From Lama guanicoe (Eukaryota), in NCBI GenBank assembly GCA_013239625.1, contig MU055178.1, forward strand, positions 9,237,312 through 9,301,311: 64,000 bases of DNA. The letters run 5' to 3'. The notes beneath the pieces are model-generated. The model was given only the letters and a program-made list of their open reading frames with translations, ran no database searches and was not told the DNA's origin. Below, one piece after another: positions 36,198-48,160 of the stretch (position 1 is the stretch's first letter; every line of letters begins with the position of its first letter). Position numbers and translations under genes: made by a program.

Positions 36198-39100
36198 GGC
36201 CGCGGAAAACCCTGCTCAGGCTGGAGGATCCTAGGAGAGGGACAGGGGCCCACTAGCCTTCTGAGCTGGTATGGCTTGGTGAGGATAGCAGTAGGCTAGG
36301 TTGGTGGCCTCAGAGTCAGACAGAGGTAGAACTGGATCCTGGCTTGGCCACTGCCTACCCACGTGACCTCTCTGTGATACGGGAGTACCATTACCTGCCT
36401 CATCAGGTTGTGGGAGGATTATGAGGTATTTTATAAGCTTTGCTAAATTTGAGTGGGAAGACTCATTGAGGACACACATGAGAAAAAGTTAACGGTTCAG
36501 TGAAGGCAAGAGTCAGATGATGACCGCAGACCTCAGGCAACCTAGTGTTCACGTGGGAGGGAGCCCACGGGGCTGCATTTACATAGCTGCTCCGTAAAGC
36601 TCTGTTAAATGAGGTAATTAAGTATGTTTCACTACATTTTTCTGTGGTATATAAAATTTATAAAACATAGGAAAAAAAATCACCTAAAATCCTAACCCTA
36701 ACCCTAATGATGTGAATGTGAGTAAGGTAAATAGGAGGGGTGGGATTTGGGTAAGGTGAAGATGGGGAAAGGCATGTCACAAGGGTCACAGGAGTCTGCC
36801 AGCTGAAGCCTCTCACTGGTGAGCTACTGGATGGGACACGGGGGCGCTTACCCCTGCCTTCGGTGGTGGACAGCACCTGCGAGCTGACTCCTAATAGTAA
36901 AAGTAGCAGTGGCACCAGTAGCTGTTCACACACACGGAGTGACAGCTGTGTGCCAGGCAATTCTCAGGCCTCATTAGTCCTCAGAACCTTTTGGAAGTCG
37001 CTGTTACCACTGTCCTCCCTTTAGAGTTAAAAAAAAAAAACAAAAAACCCTGAGGCTCAGAAGATCATTGCTTGCTTAAGATGAGCGTGCTTGTGAGTGT
37101 GCTGCCTCAGCTTCTCTTACATCCCCAGCAACGCAATCCTGGGGATGTGAGAGGGCTCTGGAGGCCTGGTCCACCTCTCTCATTCTCTGCAGAAGGAGTC
37201 TGAGGCTCGGAGAGGGGCTGTGGCTAATTTAGAACTTGAACATGGAATGCTTAACCCTTTAGTGTTCTGACTCTACTGTGCTGCTACAGGCTGCCTTAGA
37301 GCTTTAAGTTAAAGCAATTTTACAGACACTCATTATTATGCAATGAATTGTGTCTCCCCAAAATATGTTCCTCCTGTTTCATATGTTGAAGTCCTGGCCT
37401 CCAGNNNNNNNNNNNNNNNNNNNNNNNNNNNNNNNNNNNNNNNNNNNNNNNNNNNNNNNNNNNNNNNNNNNNNNNNNNNNNNNNNNNNNNNNNNNNNNNN
37501 NNNNNNNNNNNNNNNNNNNNNNNNNNNNNNNNNNNNNNNNNNNNNNNNNNNNNNNNNNNNNNNNNNNNNNNNNNNNNNNNNNNNNNNNNNNNNNNNNNNN
37601 NNNNNNNNNNNNNNNNNNNNNNNNNNNNNNNNNNNNNNNNNNNNNNNNNNNNNNNNNNNNNNNNNNCCTTTCAGTTTGTGGTACTTTGTTGTGACAGCCC
37701 TGGGAAACCAATATACTCACATAGCTGTAAAGTCTACAAGGCAGAATCAATGTCTGTGACATCACAGTCATCTGGAAGCCCTTAATTATAGAAAGACTGG
37801 TTGGGAGGGTCACCCTCCCAGAGGCAAAAGGCTAGAGCAGGTGATCTTTTCTGCTTGCTCCCAACCTTGATACTTGGCTAACTAAGACATTTTTCTTATA
37901 TTGGCGAACCATGGTGGCATGACCTGTTTGATTATGACCATCTGGAGTCTATTTTATGTCCCTGTGGTTGGCCTATGGAAGGTGCTCAATAAACGTACGT
38001 AGAGGGAATAGTGGGAAAATAACTTCTGGCCACTCAAATCCAAGACTCTCAGCCATGAGTTGGGGAGAAGGGTACAGGCTGTCAGCGGACGGAGGTTAAC
38101 GTTGGGCACTGTCTCTTCAAGTTTCTAGCTAAGCCCCAATTTTGGAAGACAAGCAAAATAGATTTTAGATGACTCAGGGTGGGCTGAAGAAGTTCCAGTC
38201 CAGGAAGCTATCTTCCTGCTGCTTTATTAATTCTGCTATTGAGGATAAATGAGATTGCAGACTTCCATATCCAAGTCTTCATTAGATCCCCAGTTAATGC
38301 AGCCATGACAAATGGGAATGAAGCCCTTATGAATAAAAAAAAGATCAGCCCAGTATAAAAAATTGTAGACCAGGGAAAAAGGAAATTTAGAGGAGCTGAT
38401 AAAATACCCTATCCTTAATTAGACTGTCTGCATCACACATCACATCAGCCTTAATACCAAGATTTATTGACCTTGAAACTGTGTAAATGAAATAAGTGCT
38501 TGAAAATGAGTGGAAAAGACATTACCTGTATTAAAATGTAGTTGCAGTGCAGGCCTGTGCACTGATGCTATTAGTTAAATGCAGGCTCTCAGCTTCTTTG
38601 GCTGTGCCTCACCATCTACCCAGCACATAGCTCCTTAACCCCTGGTGGGTCTAGAAAACCTGCTTGGAGGGTTAACAATGTGTTCCTTTGTCAATAATCT
38701 CTGTGTTGTCCTGGAAAAGTCCTTCTTGGGCAGTGAAATACCTTTGTGTCTTTATTTCACCATCTGTGAACTTAGTAAAGTGTTGCTGTTCCTTAGTTCA
38801 GAATAGAGACTGTTGTGAAGGCAGGATGACCTAGTTCTGTGCATCCTGCCGTGGAGAGCAGAGCGAGCAGCTCTCTTGTTGGCTGCCACCATCTCGTGGC
38901 ATCCACGTTTAGCTTCAAGAGCTTACCTGCTATTACAACATTGGGTTACCCTCTTGTAAGAACTCGGACAAGTCCTCTAACGCCTTGATAGCTCAGATTT
39001 CCACTATCATGGAAAATAAGAGCAGTACCCACCTCACAGTGGTGGTGTGGGAACTCCACGAGATGATGCACGTAAAGCCCTTCACACAGTCGCTGGGACC

Positions 39101-42100
39101 ACTGCAGACAGTGCACAGGTGGGAGCGGCTGTCGATGCCAGGCCCTCACTAGTCTGTCATTCCAGGCTCTTGGCTGCAAGCAATGGAAGCTGACTGTGGC
39201 TGATGGAGTAGGATAGGAAGTTTTACAATGACCCCAGAGAGCTCGTGGTTACTCAGTTGCTGGGAGGAGTTGAGAGCTCAGTCTGAGCTGCCAGTGACAA
39301 AGCTCCAAGCCCACCATGCCACCCTGGTGTGACCAAACCCACAACAGCTTGCAGCACCAAGGCCACTACTGTGGCAGGAACCTAGTCCTGTAACCACTGT
39401 GCCCCTGAAGCCAGGCCATTCTGCTGCTGCCCTTGTCAGTGAAGTGGAATTTTCCCAGAGTCTCTGCCTTGAAGTCTTGTGTAAATAAGTTTGAGCAATG
39501 CATTCTGGATCCCATGCCCAGCTTTAGTTGCAAAGGAGGCTGAGGAGGAAATGTCTGCTTTCTATCTCTGTTCTCAAAGTGCCCTGAACAAAGCAAAGGC
39601 ATTCACGTGGGGCTGGGCAGCAAGAGGGTGTTTCAAGTGTCTCCTCCGCGGGGCGTCTGGCTTTACAAGAGGCAGTGCTCTTAGGTGGGCACTGCTCGGA
39701 GAGCAACTTCACCGGGCAACCTTCCACGCTGGCAAGGGAAGGGGAGAGCCTTCTGCTCTTCCTTCTGCATGAGCCCAGTATATATGGAATTTGAGAGGGT
39801 GGGCATTTTGCTTTGTGCTCCTAGAGATAAGGGCCATAAAACACATCTGAGAATCCACATGTCCGCCAGCTTCACACTGTGACCTCACTGTAGATCTCTA
39901 GTTTCCTTTATGAAAATCAATTTCTCACTAGTTCCCCAAATTCTTTGTGGTCAGCAGTAGTAAATCAGGCAGCGCCTTCTCACTCAAGGAGTTTGTATTC
40001 TATGCAGTAAATAAGCTAGAAATAATGAAAAAAAACCACCTAAGTTTTATTTTGACTAAGAGAAACTTTTCAGACTAATGATCTTTACCAATAACAACCT
40101 GCATGTCTGGCCTGGCCTGGAGCCTGGGGCTGGATTCTAAGGAGGAGACTCAGTGGGACAGCAGAGCTGCTTCTGGGAGGGAGAAGACGGGAGAGGGGGT
40201 GGGAGAATGGAAAGAGAAATACCAAACCCTCAGGGTCAAGACCTTTCCAGACCCTGAGTGTGTTGCCTTTCCCCTCCATGGTCCCTAGGAAAGCATCTGG
40301 CACACAGAAGGTGTCCAATACATGTCTGCTCTATTAGAGGAGGGGTTCTCTTTGGAAATCTCATAGGAAAATGACCCTCACCAACCCTTCATCTGTACTG
40401 TAGTCTAGCTTCCAGGGAACCAGTAGAAACGGGGGGCAACCACGTTGTCCATAGCAGTGAAGGTTGTGGATGGTCTTCGTAACTTACCTGACTGGTGTGG
40501 ATTTCCTCTTTCCCGGCCTCAGCTTTAATATCCATACACTTGGTCAGTTTTTCACTCAAGAACATTGCATTTCCTCTTGTACTTAAAGATGAAAAATGGA
40601 CATTTACAGAGCACAGCTATTCACACTGCCAGGGGGTCTCTACCTTCATTTTGTGGCCGAGGTAACTGGGAGGTCTATGACTTGTCAAGCTCATAGAACT
40701 TGAGAGTGTCCGTGGCTTTGGGACTCCAAGGCTAGGGCTAGCCAGTTTCCAGGATGTAGATCCCAGATGAATCAGTCCCTCTGCAACTGTCTTCTCAACC
40801 AGTCTGGACAATTCCAGCCTGAGGCTGTAAGCTGCAAAGTGGCCAGAGGCTGCCGTCTCCCCATCTCCCATCCCAGCAGTGGGAGGACTTGTCCTAGGCC
40901 TTCAGACACCCGAGTAAATCGATTGCCACATTAATTCTGGACCGTTAGCATCTCCCCCGCCCTGGGGAAAGTCAGAGGAAAGGAGACTAATGTCTCATTG
41001 ATCTTTCCAGTTGCCAAAGGGGAAGTGAGATGAACATAATCCCATCTGTTAAGATGGAGAAGGGCCCATTTGAAAGCAGCCAGGATTACTTTAAGGAGGT
41101 AACAGTTTATCACTCTCTGGACAAGCGAATATGAAATTGGGGCTAGCCTCCTTTCAGAGTTGGTAGACACATTGATCAGCAAAGAGACGGTCAAGGGAAG
41201 TGAGCGGCATGACCTCTGGCCTTTGTTCCACTCATCCTTTCCCGAGGTCTTTCTGTTCTTTATGTGGACACAACTGCACAAACGAGACAAAAGCCACCCC
41301 CGGGCGCTCAGAAATAGCTAATGTTTGTTGAGGGTTGATGATTGCCGGGTGCTGTACTAACTGGCTTATAGTTACTGTCCAGCAGCTTTATGAGGTATTC
41401 TTATTCGCACCATTTTACAAATCTGGAAACTGAGGCTTCGAGAGGTTGAGTGACTTGCCCAAGGTTACTGAGCTAGTGAAGGGACAAATCAAGCACAGGC
41501 TGGCAGACCCTGATCCTACCCTCAAAAGCCCTCAGGACGTGCAGATTACCCAGCGGGAAGGTAGCCCAGCCGGGCCTGCTTCGAGATCCTGGTATCTCCC
41601 CTCCACTCCACTCCACTTGCTCCTTTCCTTGGTCAGGGCCTTAGGGAAACCTGCTGACCCCAGAGGGGAGGCGTCTTTACTAACTGCAGAGGCTGAGCCA
41701 AGACTGAGCCTGGAGGCCTCAGTCAGGGCGTCTGGACAGCAGAGGCTCAGGGCGGAGTAGAGGAGTGGGCAAGCCGAGGGCCGAGGTCTCAGCAGGACGT
41801 GGGGCACGGGGTCTGCTGGGGCTCCCCTTGTGACTGCCTGGCGTGAATTCCCATGGAGGAAAGGCGAGCTCAGTGACAGTCTCTCAGCACATCTGAAACT
41901 GGGACGTCCAGTGTCCAGCCTCAGTGCAGGCTGCTGTGGCCACTGAGAGCCTGAGAAAACACCCCGGCCACAGGCTGGGATGGTTAGGTTGGGAAGGCCT
42001 GGGGACCGCAACAGTGTGATCTCAAAACCCCAGGAATGTGTACCCCTGAGATCCTCAGAAAACCTGTCTCAGCATCCAATTCAACCAGGGCCAGAAGCAT

Positions 42101-43019
42101 CTCCAGAGGGAAGCTCCCCAAAGGGGCTTCGCCGCCGGCCTTGGATGGGGACACGCTGCCAAGGCTGAGGTCACTTGAGGGCGGCAGTTCTCATCCTCTG
42201 TAGCCAGAAGTAAGTCTTCTAATTAATACCACTTTGGATCTGACAGAGATGGCTGCTCTGTCCCGGGCTCATTTGCTGTTTATCTCCGTGATTGATGCTG
42301 GTAACATTTAGAGTCTGTCAGGGAGATATTTCATGGATGCCCCAGGTGGTGGGATGGAGACAGCCAGGAAATGTGATTCCCTAGTTAGGGCAGAATGGGA
42401 GCTGAATCTAACGTGTTGATGGAGAGACCCAGGCCCTTTCTAGCCCCTTGTCGAGTAGGGGAAGTGGAGTCGGGGCTCGGGAGGCCTGCCCTGACCCGGA
42501 GTGGTAGGAGGGACCTGTCCTGAAGGGCAGTGAAGAAAAACAATGTATGAGAGGCAAGAAGCTATTTTCCCAAGGCTTTCTCCTGTAAAAGTATCCCGTT
42601 TCTGTTGGCCAACAGACTTTGCAGGCTCAGACACACAAGAAAGGAAGCAAACAGGGAGGTAAGCACTCTTCCTGCTGTTTCCGGGGTCTTTAGTATTCCT
42701 CCCAAACCTCTGCGTCTACCTACCAAAAGTTTAAGTGTTAATCATAAGGCTGATCTCAAAAGTGAAAAGATTTTTGAATCCCCCAACTAGAAATCTTCAC
42801 CCTGACACCCAAAGCACTTTGTATATTATTGTCAAAGCATAGCGTCCAAACATTTAAAAACATGGTTCTCATAAAACATGGAATGCACAGGTGTCAAAGA
42901 TTTAGTCATTCATGAATGAGGGAACCAGTAAGATGGCAAAGCTGGTTCACAGAGCCAGGAGCTGGATATTTAAAAGCACTTAAAAAGAAATATTTGAGTA
43001 AAATTTTTAGGTTAAAAAC

Positions 43020-44380
43020 AAAACCGGTTGCACTTATATATGTGGTCAAATGATTTTTGACAAGAATGCCAAGACCATTCAGTGGGAGAAAAGACAGTGT
43101 TTTTTAAACAAATGGTGCTGAGAAAAGTGGACATCCACATGCCANNNNNNNNNNNNNNNNNNNNNNNNNNNNNNNNNNNNNNNNNNNNNNNNNNNNNNNN
43201 NNNNNNNNNNNNNNNNNNNNNNNNNNNNNNNNNNNNNNNNNNNNNNNNNNNNNNNNNNNNNNNNNNNNNNNNNNNNNNNNNNNNNNNNNNNNNNNNNNNN
43301 NNNNNCAGGAAACGAAAAACATAGGACAAATTGGATTACATCAAAATTTAAAACTTTTGTGCATGAAAGCACACTATCAACAGAGTGAAAAGACAGCCCA
43401 CAGGATGGCAGAAAATATCTGTAAATTATGCATCAGGTAAGGGGTTAATACCTAGAATATATAAAAGAACTCCTACAACTCAACAACAAAAAAACCCCAA
43501 ACAACCTGACTTAAAAATGGACAAAGCACTTGGATTGACATTTCTCCAAAGAAGCCATACAAAAGGCCAGTAAGCATATGACAATATGCTCAGCATCACT
43601 AATTATTAGGGAAATGCAAGTCAAAACCACACTGAGTACCACCTCATATTCATTAGGATCAAAGAACCAGAAAATAACAAGTTTGGGCAAGGATCTGGAG
43701 ATACTGGAACCCTTGTGCATTGTTGGTGGGAATGAAAAATAGTATAGCAGCTATGGAAAACAGTATGGTAGTTCCTAAAAAAAAAAATAAAACGTAGAGT
43801 TATTATATGATCCATCAATTCCACTTGTGGAACGCAGAGTCTCAAGAGATCTGGACACCCATGTTTATAGCAGTATTATTCATATCAGCCAAAGGTAGAA
43901 GCAAAATGATTTTCCAAGGACAGATGAATGATGAATGGATAAACAAAATGTGGTATATATGTACAATGAAATGCTGTTCAGCCTTAAAAAGGAAATAAAT
44001 TCTAACATGCTACAATATGAATGAAACTTAAAGACATTATCCTGAGTGAAATAAGCCAGTCTCATGGACAAATACTGCATTATTCTACTTATATGAGGTA
44101 AGTAGAGTAGTCAGATTCATGCAGACAGAAAGTTACCTGTGGTAGTTAGGTGCTGGGGNNNNNNNNNNNNNNNNNNNNNNNNNNNNNNNNNNNNNNNNNN
44201 NNNNNNNNNNNNNNNNNNNNNNNNNNNNNNNNNNNNNNNNNNNNNNNNNNNNNNNNNNNNNNNNNNNNNNNNNNNNNNNNNNNNNNNNCACTTAAAAATG
44301 GCTAAGTTGGTAAAACTTTATGTTATGTGTATTTTATTTTATTTTTTTTTATGTTATGTGTATTTTACCACCATTAAAAA
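43020..44380 (+). mobile_element. LINE-1 3' fragment (end of ORF2 and 3' UTR), interrupted by two N-gaps
   Basis: Degenerate ORF2 C-terminal sequence (VKRQPTGWQKI, GLIPRIYK) and the typical gatgaatggataaacaaaatgtggtatata 3' end. Confidence 0.88.
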
Positions 44381-45974
44381 ACAAAGCAAAACTGGTTAAT
44401 GTCCTCTGGGGCAATTAAAAAATTAATCTTTGATGTTATACTTTCTATTGGATAGAAACTGTTTATATCTTTACTGGACATGATCTACAAGTTACCATGT
44501 AACTTCATGGAGTCTGAGCTCCTAATTAATGGTAAATAGCCTTTAAACAAAGATACGTTCCCCCGGGTAATTAAGTAATCCTTGGGTGGGCTTGTGAAAC
44601 AATGACCAAATGATGTTGGAAGGACTTGCTGTCCTCTGGTGGCCTTATTTCCAGGTTTTGAATAATTAGCATTATTTTTGAACATCACAGTCACTTATGT
44701 CCTTGTTTTCCCCACCAGTCCCTTGAGGGCAGGAGGTCTGTCTTATTCATTTTTGCCTCCTTGTTGTGTGCTCTGGTTTGTTGAATAGAAATGAAGAAGG
44801 ACCAATGGGATAGAGCCACTTGGCAGCAGCAGACCTGTGTTTTCTTGAGTCTGTGACCATGATCGTAGTCTCACCCATCAAATGAGGACATTACACCTGA
44901 GTGCTGGGCAGTGGGGGTGCTGTCTAATCTCAGGGTTTCTTTCCACCTCTAAAATGCTTGGATTCTAGTTTGGTCATCATCCACACAAGAAGGAGTTGCT
45001 GGATGAAACACATCAATGAAACATAATGAACTTACAAAAGAGAATTTTTCAGGTGTATGTCATGTGCAGAAACTTTTTTTCTTGCTTTTCTTTGAAGAGC
45101 CACCCTTGATGCTATGTGATGTCTGACTCCTGGGCTGGGAGGTGGATGAAGATGTGCTGTTTGTAGCTTTGCTAGAGAGGAGACACTGCTGGGCCACTAT
45201 GGATGTTCCTACTCTTTTCCCCAGGGTGTGCAATGTCCCCAAAGGCCTCTGGAGCCATGCTCAGCCCCATCTCTTGTGACACTGCTGTGGAAGCCCAGCC
45301 ACTTTACTTGGCTCTGGGTCTGATCAACTTGCAGGTGAATCTATCTATCTCCGCTCCCAGCCTTGCTTGGCCCTCACTTAAAAGCACCTACACAATGTTT
45401 CAGAAAGAAACTGACTGTGTTGGAGACTGGGTCCCAGACTCCTGAGTGTCATCTCTCATTAGTCATGGCCACAGATGGGGCTAGAATCTTGCTGACCAGA
45501 CACCCAAAGGTCTCTGGTGTTCGGCTCCACCCATGCCTGGGTTGGAGGCGCTGGGGGCATTTGGATGGTGAGTGTGGGCGCCTCCCAGCTGTACCATTTC
45601 CTGGGATTCCTCCAGGCTGCCTCATGTCCACGTTAGATCCTTGGTGTCAGCAGAGGAAACCGAAAATCGCTTCTTAACTTCACAACCATCTTTTGCTGGC
45701 TGCTGAGCACCCTTGCTCTGAAAACACTAACCAACCGCCATAAAAACAGTAGATTTGCTTTTTCTGTCTCAGTGTGTACTGTGTAGATGATTTAGGGAGG
45801 GGAAACAGAAGCCCAGGGAAGAGAAATTTATCTAAGGATACCAGCTAAAAGGGGACAGAATGAGGATTATTATTAATTCTAAATAATTCCAAGACTCATG
45901 TTCTTTTTTATTTTTCCCCTTCCCACTTTTTTTTAAAGATCCATTTATTATTATTTTTTAAATCTTTTTTTGCC

Positions 45975-46101
45975 TCTTTTTTGGTGGTGGTAGGGAGTCA
46001 TACGGCTTATTTATTTATTTTAAATGGAGGTCCTGGGGACTGAACTCAGGACCTTGTGCATGCTAAGCACACACTCTACTACTGAGCTATATACCCTGCC
46101 C
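45975..46101 (-). mobile_element. Camelid tRNA-Ala-derived SINE (vic-1 type)
   Basis: Minus strand GGGTATATAGCTCAGTAGTAGAGTGTGTGCTTAGCATGCACAAGGTCCTGAGTTCAGTCCCCAGG, with A/B boxes, followed by an (AAAT)n tail. Confidence 0.8.
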
Positions 46102-48033
46102 TCTGCCTTTTTCCACCCTTTTATAATTATTTTAAAATAACATTTACTTTGTTTTCTATCACAAAAGGAACCAGTGCACAAACAGAATGGAAAAATATAG
46201 AAACATATGAAGACGAAAGAACCACCAAGACAAACAAAGAAACCAAACCCAAGATCCTTAGCAATTCCTCTGAGCCAAGATAAAATGTTAACATTTGAGT
46301 GCCTTCCCTTTCAATCCTGTGCTTTGTGTGTGTCCATGCAGTCATATACCCACACGCATGTGCAAAATAGGGTCACATTGTACATTCTTTTTTGTTTCCA
46401 GTTTTTTTCACTTAACAATATAATGTTAACATTTCCCCACATCAGTAAACAATCTTCAGTCCCCTGCTCATTAACTCAACCAAGGCGTGCTCTGCCCAAC
46501 TCTGTGTTCTTTGGTGTCCAGTCACAAGGCTTCTCTCTGGGCTGCCACCCCAGGGGGACACTGAGCCCTTTCCAGCAGACTGAGTTGGCTTGTACCCCAG
46601 CGGCTTGCTTTGCAAGTGATACATGCTCCTTTTGTCTGTGAATCTATCGAACTCTATTCAAGATGGGCCTGTTATCTTGTTCAAAGTCTGTGAGAGATAG
46701 AGGGATGCAGGGAGAGCCAGTGAGCCTTTCCCACAAGGATGCTCCAATGTTGTGTGGTCCCCTCACCTCCAAAGTGGATTTAGAACCAGAGGGGTGGGTA
46801 CAGAAGATGAGGCCAGCCCTGTTAGGATGTCTGACCCCTTGCAGCCATTCCAGTCCCTGTTTCCGGAGGGGAATTAATTGTTGGCTTCTGGGAAGCAGTT
46901 CTCAAAGTGATGTTGCATGGATATGGTAGGAACCACTGACCTTCAGACCTGAGCGGGCTACGTCTTATTTTCAGCTCAAGTGTAATGAACCACTTTGAGA
47001 GGATAAACATTAACTGAGGGAACATGAAGAGGATTTTATCTGGGGGCAAATCCTTAGAGTCTATAGGAATCTGTAGGAAACATAATGAACTTACAAAAGA
47101 GAATTTTTCAGGTGTATGTCATGTGCAGAAACTTTTTTTCTTGCTTTTCTTTGAAGAGCCACCCTTGATGCTATGTGATGTCTGACTCCTGGGCTGGGAG
47201 GTGGATGAAGATGTGCTGTTTGTAGCTTTGCTAGAGAGGAGACACTGCTGGGCCACTATGGATGTTCCTACTCTTTTCCCCAGGGTGTGCAATGTCCCCA
47301 AAGGCCTCTGGAGCCATGCTCAGCCCCATCTCTTGTGACACTGCTGTGGAAGCCCAGCCACTTTACTTGGCTCTGGGTCTGATCAACTTGCAGGTGAATC
47401 TATCTATCTCCGCTCCCAGCCTTGCTTGGCCCTCACTTAAAAGCACCTACACAATGTTTCAGAAAGAAACTGACTGTGTTGGAGACTGGGTCCCAGACTC
47501 CTGAGTGTCATCTCTCATTAGTCATGGCCACAGATGGGGCTAGAATCTTGCTGACCAGACACCCAAAGGTCTCTGGTGTTCGGCTCCACCCATGCCTGGG
47601 TTGGAGGCGCTGGGGGCATTTGGATGGTGAGTGTGGGCGCCTCCCAGCTGTACCATTTCCTGGGATTCCTCCAGGCTGCCTCATGTCCACGTTAGATCCT
47701 TGGTGTCAGCAGAGGAAACCGAAAATCGCTTCTTAACTTCACAACCATCTTTTGCTGGCTGCTGAGCACCCTTGCTCTGAAAACACTAACCAACCGCCAT
47801 AAAAACAGTAGATTTGCTTTTTCTGTCTCAGTGTGTACTGTGTAGATGATTTAGGGAGGGGAAACAGAAGCCCAGGGAAGAGAAATTTATCTAAGGATAC
47901 CAGCTAAAAGGGGACAGAATGAGGATTATTATTAATTCTAAATAATTCCAAGACTCATGTTCTTTTTTATTTTTCCCCTTCCCACTTTTTTTTAAAGATC
48001 CATTTATTATTATTTTTTAAATCTTTTTTTGCC

Positions 48034-48160
48034 TCTTTTTTGGTGGTGGTAGGGAGTCATACGGCTTATTTATTTATTTTAAATGGAGGTCCTGGGGACT
48101 GAACTCAGGACCTTGTGCATGCTAAGCACACACTCTACTACTGAGCTATATACCCTGCCC
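48034..48160 (-). mobile_element. Camelid SINE, duplicate copy inside the tandem duplication
   Basis: Same sequence as 45975-46101 at an offset of 2059. Confidence 0.8.

Noticed and set aside
36691-36707. Interstitial telomeric repeat (CCCTAA)n
   Set aside because: Fewer than three units, which is compatible with chance or slippage.
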